Notes under the pieces: generated by a model
The model's database searches: none
The model's input: only the letters and a program-made list of their open reading frames with translations
Told to the model about the DNA's origin: nothing
Assembly: GCA_002104945.1 (NCBI GenBank)
Contig: MCFH01000010.1
Span: 1,054,001-1,118,000 of the forward strand
Length of the DNA stretch: 64,000 nucleotides
From: Piromyces finnis finn
Taxonomy: Eukaryota; Fungi; Neocallimastigomycota
Direction: 5' to 3'
Shown: positions 30,302-55,000 of the stretch, in pieces
Layout: every line of letters starts with the position of its first letter
Position numbering within the stretch: the stretch's first letter is position 1
Made by a program: the position numbers and the translations under genes

Positions 30302-31778
30302 ATGACTAAATATAAAACTATTAAATATTGTATATTTGATGTTGATGGTCTTCTACTTGTAAGAAACAAAATAATTTAAAATTTAAATAATGAATATTAT
30401 TTAAGTAGTAAAATAAATTAAATGATATACAATAAAATAAACTAAAAATACTTTTTTTTTATTTCAATTTTAATTTTAATGAATTTTTACAAAAATAAAG
30501 GATACTGAAAGTATCTATACTGAAGTTACAAGTAATTATTCAATATTCAAAAATTAAATTTGCTATTTCTTTAATATAAATATATATTATTATTTATTAT
30601 TATTATTAGCATTATCATTAAATGTTATATAATTCAAAATTTCAAATTTCAAATCACATTTAATAAAGGTGAAATTTTAAAAAGATTTGATAAAGAATTC
30701 ACTTGGAAAATTAAGGCTGGTATGATGGGAAAAAAAGCTAGAGAAGTAACTATATACATATAAATAAAATTAAAATAATGAAATTAAATACGCTTTAATA
30801 ATATTGATAAATAATATTATTTAAAATATTTTAAAATATAAAACATCCATCTCAGGCTGCTGAATACTTAATTAATGAATTGCAAATTGATTTAGATGTT
30901 GATGATTATTTAAGAGAAAGAAGTGAAATGCATGTAAATAAATGAATTTTAATAAAATTAGCATTTTAATTAATGTTAATAATAAATAATTATGGATTTC
31001 ATTTAATAATTATTAAAATATTAATTCACTATAGGAAAAATTGTTCCCATTCTGTAAGAAAATGCCAGGAGCTGAAGCTTTAATTAGAAATTTAAAAGCT
31101 AAGAATATTCCAATTGCTGTAAATATATAATTTGATATTTTAATAAATATTTTATTCTTTTTTTTAAAAAAAATTTTAATTTATCAATTATTTAATAATA
31201 CTAATTACTATATTCCTTCCCAAAAAAAAAAAATCACAATAAAAAAAAATATTAAAATAACTGTTGTTTAATGAATATAGGTTGCAACTAGTTCAAATAA
31301 AAATGCTTTTGCTCAAAAATCACAAAATCATAAGGATATGTTTGATTTATTTGATTGTATTATAACAGGAGATAATCCAAATGTTAAAAATGGTAAACCA
31401 TCACCAGACATTTTCCAAGAAGCTGCAAAACAACTTAATGTTGAAAATCCAGAAGAATGTCTTGTTTTTGAAGGTAATAAAAAAATATTGTTACTTAATG
31501 ATAAAGAAAATTAATTAATACTAAATAAAATAAAAATTTATGATAGACAATAAAATGTGATACAAAACATTAAATTAATTTTTATCCTTTTTTATAATTA
31601 TTTTCAAATAGATGCTCCAGGTGGTGTTCAAGCTGGAATCAACGCCAACATGAGTGTTGTCTGGGTTCCAGATTCACGTCTTGAAATTGATGAAAAAATT
31701 TCCAGTAACGAAAAAGTTGAAATGCTTTCCTCTTTAGAAGATTTCAAACCAGAAAAATGGGGACTTCCATCTTTCTAA
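30302..31778 (+). CDS. PUDP: HAD-superfamily phosphatase, pseudouridine-5'-phosphatase/HDHD1-like, multi-exon
   Basis: Motif I CIFDVDGLLLDTESIY, KAGMMGK, IPIAVATSS, GKPSPDIF, CLVFEDAPGGVQAG, KPEKWGLPSF. Confidence 0.85.
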
Positions 31779-33941
31779 ACAATATTTTAACATATAACTA
31801 TTATTGTAATAAAAATCAAAAAAAAATTGTAATAAATATTCAATAAACATATATAAAGATTAAATTATAATGTATATGACGATGAAAAAAATGTAATAGT
31901 AAATAATAATCATTTACAAAAAATAACTTTTTCTTCATCTTTTTTAAGCAATAAAAAAATGCATAAATACATTTTTAATAGGTATTATCAATACCAAAGA
32001 AATAAAAAAATAAAAAAAAAAATTAATTTTTATTTTGTTGTGTAACATTTTTTATAAAAAATAAAAATTTTTACAACTAAATTTTTAATAATATTTAACA
32101 ATTAGTATTATCAAAGAAAAATAATGAAAATTTATTATCTAATTATTATTAATAATATTCTTTTTTATTTAATATTGCTTATTAAAAGATTTAAAGTTGT
32201 TATTATACAAAACAATACAATAATTTTTTTAAATTTCAATCTACTACAAAATATAATATTTCATATAAGAATTTTTTAAACATACCAAAAAAAAAAAAAT
32301 AAATAAATAATACCAAAATAAACAAATAATATGTTTGTTAAATTATGTTTATTCTCAAATTTTAAACTTTTATATTAATCAAAAAAAAAAATTACCATAA
32401 TTAAACTTTTTTTCAATTTATTTTTGGTGTGTTTTTTTTTTTATTAAAAGAAATTTGATAACGTTAATTCTCCCTTAATCTGCAGCCTAAATAAAAATTT
32501 AGCCAAACGATTGGATTATCATTTATTGGCTAGGATATAAAATATTTACCAAAATTTCCTTGTAATTCCTTCAATTTAATTTTTAGAAAATTGCTCTATA
32601 ATTATTGGGTAATTATTTTTCTCTAGTTCCTAAATTATATATATTTAATATGAAACATTATTAGTAATGAATGATGCCTAATATTTAACCTAATAAAAAA
32701 TTTACCTTAAAATAACATCACAAAATTTTTGTTTAAATAATTTCCTTCACCTTACAAAACAAACATTAAATAAAAATATTTTTATTTTATATAATTTCAT
32801 TTACTTTAAAATAAATAAAAATATTTTATATTTTTTAATGAATTACTTGTTTATTGTTGAAATCTTATGACTTCATTTGATATTATTATTATTAACCATT
32901 CTAATAGCCTATTATTTATAAAATTATATTTTTATTTTCCTTTTACAATCAAAACTAAATTTTTTTTTTTCTATTTTTCCATAAACTGATTGATGAATAA
33001 AAAATTTTTTGTTTAAATTAATAATTTTATTGTCCTTGTAAAAAAGCTTAAATTATGGCTTTTACTTTTTTAAAAATAAATAAATAAAAAAAAATAAAAA
33101 TTTTACATAATTTACTATAATTATAATAATAATATAACTAATGATTAATTTGTTTATTCATTCATTTTCTATTTACAAACTTATTTATCTATTTATATTT
33201 TTTTATTGATTAATTGATTTACTAATTCAAGTGATATTTTATTTGTGCCAATAAACAATAATTAACTATAGGTAAAACAATTTATAATCATGTGCAATAA
33301 TCAAATGCATGAAATCTTTTCATCGATAGGCTGAAAATTCAATACAAAAATATATCAAAAATATATAATAAAAGATAATTTTTTGCATAAAATATACTAT
33401 TGCAATATATTTTAATTAACTCTTAATAATTCTATATAAAAAAATAGGATAACACTATTGTCCTTTTCCTAAAATACTTCCTTTAAATTATTAAAAATAA
33501 AATATAAAAAATAAACACCATTTTTATATTGTTTAAAATTTTAATTTAGGTTATTAAACCTCCTAAAGATAAAAAATTTTATTATTAATATTAAAGAAAG
33601 AGCTTAAAACTTTGATTAAAATATAGCTAAAAATAAATTATAGTTATTCTTGCATAAATGTAATAGCAAAATATGTAAAGCTAAAGGTTGAGATAAAAAT
33701 AGTATATATATTTGTTAAAAAATTTTTTTTATTTTATACCATAAATTGTTATTATTTTAGCAAAGTGTATTATATTTTTTGCTACAAAGGTTTATGAATA
33801 ATGAACAAATTAAATAGCTATAATATGGTTTTATTTACCACACATTTTTAAATATTTATTTACAATATACTTTTATATTAAACAATACAATGAATTGTAA
33901 AAAATTTATATGGAATTAATTTTATATATTAGATATAGAAT

Positions 33942-33994
33942 TAATTAAGCAGCTAGTTTAATTTAGCACAAAAATTAAACTAGCTGCTTAATTA
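33942..33994. repeat. Perfect 23-bp inverted repeat with 7-nt spacer
   Basis: TAATTAAGCAGCTAGTTTAATTT (33942-33964) and its exact reverse complement (33972-33994). Confidence 0.95.
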
Positions 33995-36040
33995 TGGTAA
34001 AAATATAAAAATATGAAAAATAAAGTAGATTGGCTAACCTAATAATTAATTTGTCTTATCATTACTATATAATAATCGTTTTTATCTAGTAAATTAAATG
34101 GTGTAGTATATTATGGCCATTAATAATTTTAATTAATTAATTATTTTAATTAATATTATTTTCATCTTATAAATTAATCTTTGCTGGCTTTTAATAATTA
34201 TTATTCAATAATTTAGTGATTCTCTAACTATAGGTGATTAATTCAAAAAAAATTATGCACTTCATAAGTAATATTTCAATTTAAAATTCATCCATACTAT
34301 ATTAAGCTTAGATACTTTATTAATAAATAATTATAATTATGTTTAGAAAAAAAAAAAAAGTATAATAGCTACATAAAATTTAATAAACTGTAATTTTTTT
34401 AAAATCTTTATCCTAAATAATATAATATAGAAAATACTTTTTAAAATGATATTATTCTATATAGAATTTATTTTACAATTAATAATTGATTTTTGGCTTT
34501 CTTTTTTTTCAATACTTCTTTATTTCTATTTATTAAGAATAGAATTGTTGATATACTAACTGCCTGAAGAAAATTCGATTATTAATCAATAATATAGTGT
34601 AGATAGTATTAGTATAATATAATTTATTATTTTATGAATTTAATAATAACGATACTATTTATCAAGTTCTACAATTAAAAAAATGCTAATTTAAAACCAA
34701 GAAAATTTGAACAGCATAATAAAAAAAAACTTAAAAAACATGACATATGTTATTAAAAAGTGAGAATACATTTAATATTGCTTTTTTAAAGAGTTTTCAT
34801 TTCATTTTACTCTTATTTAAAAATAATTAAGTTTTTATTCCTTCTTCAATAAGTTCAATTATTAATGAAAAATTCATTTCATTTTCATTTATATTTTTCC
34901 AACCTTTTTGTTAAATACTCTTATTTTCAACTAACTACGATTCTAATTATGATTTTATGAAGTTTTTCCAAAGTCTTTATTCTAAAAATCTTCTTATTTT
35001 ATTTCCATTTTACATATATTAAGTATGTATATTATTAATATTATTCTGCAATATAATATGATACATAAATAATATATAATAATATATTATTATAATTTAA
35101 TTTCTACCATTCTTTATATAATAAAATAAAAATCGAACAATATAAATTAATATATTAAATATAAAATATAAAAAAAGTATTTAATTGTTTTATATTTCCA
35201 AGTATATTATAATATATATTTATATATATAATTTTTGGAATTTTTGGTAAAATATTTTGCTAAAAAAGATTCTTCAAAGTGGTAGAATAAAAAGTAGAAT
35301 AAAAAGTAGAATAACTATTTAAATTTATAATATTAGAGCAAATAATATTAATAAGAATTATAAAATGTGTTTTTTTCTTTTACAGTCATTTCTCTTGAGA
35401 AAATGCATAAAATTATAAATGTATTATTACAAAAATTATAGTAGTATTTTAATTATGATCTCTTAATATTTCTAATACCAAAAAAACCTTGTTAATAGTA
35501 ATAAGGTTTCTATTGTATTTTATTTATTTATATTTATATTACCATTTTCTTATGAATACATAAATTAATTTCTATACAAAGTAGATACAAAGTCACGTCA
35601 AACCAAAATTAATAATTCTATCAATAAGGTTTTATATATTTTTAATAATAATAATTTTTTTAATTCTATTTTTTAATGACCTGCTAATTAAAACCATAAA
35701 AAATTTGTCATTATATTGAAAACCAATCTAAAGCTAGAATTATTAATTTAATTTTGGTGAATAGTATCAATAATATTAAAAAATCATTAAATTGTTTAAA
35801 AATAATTATAGTGGCCAAATTAAACCACTCCTATTATTTTATATTAATAATTATTTTATCTTAAAATTTATTTATGTTTTGGTTTTTAATTTAGTAATAT
35901 TTAAAAGAGTTGGTTCTCTTTTCCTTTAAATGAATAGGAAAAACATTTATTTCATTGAAAAAAGGAGAATTTAGCTATAACGAACACTTAGTTACGTAAT
36001 ATTATTTCTTGAGAATTATCTTTTTTCATATATCATGTTT

Positions 36041-36102
36041 ATTTATTCATTTATTTATTCATTCATTCATTTATTTATTCATTTATTTATTTATATATAT
36101 AT

Positions 36103-36133
<31 letters not shown>

Positions 36134-36181
36134 TTCATTTATTTATTTATTTATTTATTTATTTATTCATTTATTCATTTA
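36041..36181. repeat. Imperfect (ATTT/ATTC)n microsatellite
   Basis: Direct reading; explains the spurious ORF 36009-36191. Confidence 0.9.
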
Positions 36182-37279
36182 TTTTCTTTAATACAAAAAT
36201 CTAATATATAAACAATCAATTAATTTTTTATTAATAAATTATTTAATTTTATTTTTATTATAAGATTGAATATAAAATCATTTAACTAGTTTTGTATATA
36301 ATATTATATATTGATTGTATTAAATATATGTGTTTATACAAATTATTAATTACAATTATTATAGTATAATATTTTTAAAATAAACTTTTGAATGAAAAAA
36401 AATATTAAATAATTTTAAATATTTTTAATATGCTTAAAAACACAATCAGCTATTTTTTATGATAAAAAATAGAATAAATGATAAAATATCAAAAAAAAAA
36501 AAAAAAAAAATAATAATAATAATAATAAAAAGTATTACTTACATACAACAACGATGAACACTTGTACTATGATTTTATTTTTTAATGGAATAAATTTTTT
36601 ATTAATATTTAATTAAAAAAAATATTTTATAGGGTGATTGTGGTAATTCATAATATTATGGAATTTATTAGTAATGGAAAAAATTATCTACTTCAATTTT
36701 TGTTGGTGGTGTGTGATGAAGATTTTTTTTTCACAATAGATTTGTTCATTTTTTTTTATTGTACTAATATTGTTTTTATTTTTATTTTATTTAACCAATT
36801 TTATTGTTAAAAAACATATTAATATAATATTATTTATTTTTAAATAATAATTATTCAAAAAAAAATGCATTTAAAATAAACCTAATAAAATAAAATAACA
36901 TAAATCAAATTGAACTTCGTTACTAATAATATAATTATAATATAATATAATTAATTATATTATATAATTTTTTTTTTATAGTTTTAGCTTTTAATTTTTT
37001 TTATTTAGTTTAATTTTATTGCTAAAAAATTTTTCATTCAACCTATGATTCTAAAACAATAATATTATGGATGAAATTTACTAAAATTAAATTTTGAAAA
37101 TTTTCTCATATAAAACTAGAGTAATTTACCCTAAAAAAAATTTTTTTTCTTCTTTTTTTATTAATATTTCAATTTTTAATTTTTAATTATATATAATAAT
37201 TAATTTTAAAAAACAAAAAATATTATTATTTTTGTAAATACACCAAAAATTAAATATATTTTTTGAAGAAAAAACAAAA

Positions 37280-38378
37280 ATGTCTAGTAAAGGAAAAAAT
37301 CAATTATCTGAAGAAGAAATTAAAGAACGTGATATGGTATGAATATAAAAAAAGAAAAAAATGAAAAATATTTATTAAAAGAAAAATAAATATAAAAAAA
37401 AAGTTTATTTGATAAAAAATAAATAATGAATAATATTAAATAATATAAATATTGAATAAACATAAATGTAATAAAATAATAAAATTAAAAGCAAAGTTAC
37501 TAATAATAATATTTATTATTAATATTAAAATAGAAAAAGTTCGCCAATAATGTTGCTCTTTTATTAAAGAGTGTTAATAATATAACCAATTACTTAATTG
37601 ATAAGAGTGATGATGAATTAAGTCCAAAGGAACTTAGAACTGTTTTTGAAACTGTTCGCCCAACTATTAAAAATATTGTTGCTCTTAATAAGTCAAAGCA
37701 AAACAGTAAGGGCGGTAGAAGTGGAAAAGCTAAGCGTGACCCAAATATGCCAAAGAAACCACCATCCCCATACTTCTTATTCTGTGGAAAAATGAGACCA
37801 ATTGTTTCCAAAAAAGACTCTACCCTCCATCCTCAACAAGTTGTTACTGAATTAGGTAAGCTTTGGAAGGAACTTCCAGAAGACCAAAAGGAAGTAAGTA
37901 TTCTATATCCATTTAATAAATTATGAAATATTATTTAAAAAAATGATATAAGAAAATAGGTAATAATAAAATTTTATTTATTAATTAATAATAGAAATAC
38001 AAGATTGAAGCTGAAAAGCAAAAAGCTATCTATGACGAAAAGATGAAGGAATACTTAGCTAACAAAGGTAGTGAAGAATCTAAGGAAGAATATGATTACA
38101 GTTCTTCCTCTTCTGAAGAAGACGAAGTAGAATCCGAAGGTTCTTCTGATGAAGAAAAGAAGAAAAAGAAGGCTAAGAGTAAGGCTGTTAGTAAGAAGAG
38201 AAAGAGTTCTGGTAGTGATGGATCATCCAAGAAAATTAAATCTGATGATGAAAAAAAAAAAAAAGTAAAAAGTAATGTAAAGAAAACTACTAAGCAAATA
38301 AAAAAAAAGGTAAAAACTAATAAAAAGGATGAAGATTCATCAGACTCTAGTTCAGACTCCAGCTCTGACAGCGATTAA
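37280..38378 (+). CDS. HMG-box chromatin protein (Hmo1/Nhp6-like) with acidic/basic tail, 3 exons
   Basis: KAKRDPNMPKKPPSPYFLFC...VVTELGKLWKELPEDQKEKYKIEAEKQKAIYDEKMKEY, preceded by a helical N-domain and followed by Ser/Glu/Lys-rich tails. Confidence 0.9.
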
Positions 38379-39118
38379 ACAAATTAACAGCTATTAAATT
38401 CAATTAATCATATTTTATTAAATTACTTTTTTTTTTTTTTAATTTAATATGATTACCATATATATTAAATTATCGTAAGACCTTTTTCAAATAATTAAAT
38501 ATTTAATTTATAGTTTTGTAAAATCGCATTTTAATACTACAACATTAATATTTTTTAGAAAAAGGAATGAAAATTTCTATAATTTTATTTCTTTTCTTTA
38601 AAAATTCATAAATACATTTATAAAAGCAATTTTACCCATGTAATCTTTTTTATCTTTTTATAATTAGTTTTTATAATTTAAAACTATTAGAAAATTAAGA
38701 AGCTTTAATTTTTTAATGTTTCATATATCTTTTTTTTTATAAACATAAACTCTTATAATTTAAATAAAGATTTAAAAAAAATTAAAAAAAAGTCTTTGGA
38801 AGATTAATTTTAATAAATGTGAGTAATTTTTATTACAATGTAATAATTATTGAATGGAAATTTTATTATATTTAGTAAATAAATAAAAATATATATGAAA
38901 GGAAATTCAATCTAATTAATTATTTTATAACATATTTATATATTACAATTATAAAAGTACTTTATAATAATAAAAAAAAAAAAACAGCTAAAATGAATGG
39001 TCTGATATAGATATTAAAACCTATCCAATTCTTCAAAATTTATATTAATAAAATTTTTAAAAATTATAAACTCTATCTACATTAATAATGTAAATAAAAA
39101 TTCAAAATGCATTTTGAA

Positions 39119-39150
<32 letters not shown>

Positions 39151-39589
39151 AAATGGTTTAAAAATAAAATGTTGATTAAGTTTGTTATAGTTGGGTTTAT
39201 AATATTTATTGTATTTAAAAAAAAAATAATAATAATTATCTTTAATAAGATAGTTTTTTAAACAAAAAAATTAAAAAAATTAAGATATTATAAATATTTT
39301 CTATTATTCTTAAGAAAAATGGTGTATAATCTAACCTTTGAATCTTAATATACTTTTTCTTTATACTTGATTCTATAAATATTTTTATTTTCACAATTAA
39401 TATTAAATTTAATATAATTTTTTATCAATATCGATATATTTATTATTTGCAATGTTAGTTTAAATAGTATATTCTTATTTTATATTACTTAAATTACATC
39501 AATTAATAATTACTGTTTAAGCATTCAATTGTATTTAATATTGGGTATAATGATGTAAAATAAATAATATATGTTGATATATTATATTA

Positions 39590-47896
<8,307 letters not shown>

Positions 47897-48458
47897 CCTT
47901 AAAAATATCTAACTGTGAATATTCTTTCTTTTTTATTATATCTATTGATCCCAATATCTAAAAATACCTTAAAATTTAACGTTTTATATCCTTAACATAA
48001 CGGGGTTTACTTTTAATTTTTTACTCCTATAATTATTAACTTTTCAACAACTTCTTAAAAAAAAAACAAATGCAATATAAAAAATATATAATAATCCAGC
48101 ATATAAATATAAATATATAAATATATTATAGTATTTATTTAACCATTAGTTTATTTTTATATTTTAAAAATACAATAATAGATATATTTATTTTTGTTTT
48201 GTTTTTGTTTTATTTGTTTTGTTTTTTTCTTTAATACTTAAAATAAAAAAAAATTTTACTAATGATTATAATTTTTTTAAAACATTTAAATAAAAGTAAT
48301 AAAATTAATTTATTTTTTAAAATTGAATAAAATTATTCCAATCTTCATTTTAAAAAAAAAAAAAAACCTTAAATTATAAAATTTAAAAAAAAAATTAATT
48401 AAAATATACCATAAAATATATATTATTTATATTTTATTACATAATATAAATGAATATT

Positions 48459-52052
<3,594 letters not shown>

Positions 52053-52064
52053 TTAAAATTTTTA

Positions 52065-52077
52065 AAAATATATAATA
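52065..52077. repeat. Target-site duplication of element 1 (left copy; right copy at 56803-56815)
   Basis: AAAATATATAATA abuts the poly-T tract on the left and the 5' break of the element ORF on the right. Confidence 0.75.
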
Positions 52078-55000
52078 TTTTTTTTTTTTTTTTTTTTATT
52101 TTATTTTTTTTTTTTTTTAACGGCATCAAATATTTTAAACTTTATTATTAATTTAATTAAAATTATAATACATGTAATAAAAAAATTAAAAATAAAAATA
52201 AAAATAAAAAAATATGTTTAAATAAACACAAATGAATAAAAATTGGGTATAATGTATTCTAGTAATTTTAATTAAAGTAAGAAAGCCACTATCATACTAA
52301 AGTATAATAATTGTATTTGACTTCCAATGGACACCGAGCCAAAGATCAAAATTTTGTCATGGAACAAAATTATGATCTCCATTGGTTGCGCTGGCCCTCC
52401 TGGCCTGTCTTACTGTTTCTTCAGCATTGACGCTCTTGGATGTTGCTTCAAACCTTTTGAACATTGACCATTGCTGGCCAATAGCAAAAGGCATGATTTT
52501 GGTTAGAAGTTCCGCTGTTACCGTCAAGAATGGTGTTCCTTCATTAGTACCAGATTGAATCTGACGCTTACAAAGTTCTTTCCATTCCCTTGAATTGTAA
52601 TTAATATTGTTAAAACTTCTTCCCCCAAGAAGGAATTTAAATATTTTACTGCACACACTAGAATAATCATACACATTAATATTCACCGGATTATTAGAAC
52701 TATTACTATCATTAACTAAATTACTATCTAAATTAGAATTATTATCTTCACTATAGCTATCATTACTAATATTATTATTTCTATTACTACTATTGTTATT
52801 ATTACTATTTCTATTATTACTACTATTGTTATTATTACTATTGTTATTATTACTATTGTTACTATTACTATTACTGTTATTGCTATCTCTGCTGACATTA
52901 TCAATTTCATTATTATTGATAGGACTATTGGAATTACGTTGACTGAAAAAATTTAATAGATGGACTATAGAATCATAATGTTTAATACGGATATCTCTAA
53001 ATGTTGGACAATCTAATAACCAATGTTTAATACTTTGATCTCCACACTTGCAACATGGACAGTAGTTAGGACAAACTGGATCAACAAATTTAGCAGCTTT
53101 GGCAACTCTAGCATCCAACTTGTATCCGCTTCTTGCTTTCAATAGCCAGTAGAAGCCATAGGCAAACTCTGGGTACTCATAACATAATTTAATAAAATCT
53201 TTAGTTTCAATAAACTTATTATCATCATAATATTGCGCTTTGATTGAATTCCCTTTGAGATCTTTCCAATAAAAGTTTTTAACTGCTTTAACATCTCCAT
53301 GTTTCTTTAGTTTTTTATCAAGTGTCCTACTTGATTTGCACCACGTGTATTTTCTAAATTTAGGAATGTAATTGACAAGGTGTGAGATAATACAATTCGA
53401 ATTTTTCCATTTGTTAAAACATCTAACCTGAGCTAAAGCACATTTGGCTGACAATGGAGGAATATTCAAATCTTTTGAGATAGAGTATAAAGATATAAAC
53501 GATACAGTTTTATAAACTCCGGCAATCCATCGTATTCCTTTGTTAACATGCTTCTGAGCAATCCTAGACCTAGCTTTGTTGGATCCAAGTAATGGTGCAA
53601 AGTATGAAACTCTGCTAATCACTTGAGAGTTAAGTACTAGTTTTTTGAAAGGAATAGGAATATTAAGATTTCTTAAGAATTTACTGACTGAAAAAAGTCC
53701 TTTCAAAACTTTGTTATTAAGAGTTTTAATTACTGGTTTAAGGGACAAATTCTTATCAAATGGAACACCAAGATAAGTATAACAATCAGTAGTTGGAATG
53801 GGTTGTCCTGCTAAGTAAAATGTTGGATCTCTCTTGTTCTGATTTTCTATTGATTCAGGACGAATCACCATCGTTGAACACTTCTGGATACCAAATTCCA
53901 TTTCATTATACAATGCCCATTCATTAACTCTTCTAAGCATCTTTTTTAAGCATCCTCTTGTTGGAGCACAAATAACTATATCATCTGCAAAAAGTCCACC
54001 ACAGCATCGAGTGCCACCTAAACTGACTCCGAGATCTTCGCATTCTTTAAAAATATCATTAATAAAGAGATTAAAGAGAATAGGAGAAAGTGGGCAACCT
54101 TGACGGACTCCTTTCTTCACATCAAAAGATTTCGAGAATTGTCCATCTAATTTGACATTAGCCTTAGATGTTAAATATAAATTTTTGATAAATTGTAAAC
54201 TCTTACCTCGGATTCCTAAACAATCTAATTTATGGAGAATATTACCGATTGGGACTGAATCGTATGCTTTCCTGAGATCTAAAAAGGCCAAATATGTCTC
54301 TTTATTATCTAATTGACGTCTACGGCATATTTCTTGGATTGAAATGAAAAGACTGATACTTTCTTCCTTTTTTCGAAAACCAAATTGTTCAGGTCTAATG
54401 AAATTATTCTTTAAACCATATTCTGAAATTCTAGTGGTGACAATTTTGGAAATCAACTTAATACCATTATTGATAAGTGATATACCTCGATAGCTATCAC
54501 AATCTGTCAAATCTCCCTTCTTAGGAATAGAAACAATACTGGATTCATTCCATGAGTTGGGAAAGTCTCCATCCCAGATACGGTTGAATAATTTAAGAAT
54601 AAAATTTAAACCATGAGCATCATTATCTGAAGTGGTATTACCGGAAGAATTATTACCTGTAGCATTATTAGAATCATTACTTGATGGAATTAATGCTTTG
54701 TAAAATTCAATTGGAATACCATCCGGACCTGATGCTTTATAATTTGGAGTAGAAAGGATAGCTGACTTGACCTCATCAATACTAATATCTTGGTTGATAT
54801 CCCATTCATCAAGCATAGGGAGTGAAAAACGTTTATTCGTTGGTTCTTCATACCAATGCTCTAAATCAAGACTTACACCACTTGGATCTGATGCAAGGTT
54901 TTCGAAATGATCATGTCACACTTCTAGTCGTTCTTCTGTAGCAACAACTAATTCTCCATTTTTATTTTTAATTGGTTGAGCAATAAAGAAAGAATCTTTT

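Noticed and set aside
35281-35314. Short tandem GTAGAATAAAAA repeat
   Set aside because: About three copies of a 12-mer with no further structure; ordinary slippage.
36009-36191. Hydrophobic 60-aa ORF
   Set aside because: Translation of an (ATTT)n microsatellite.
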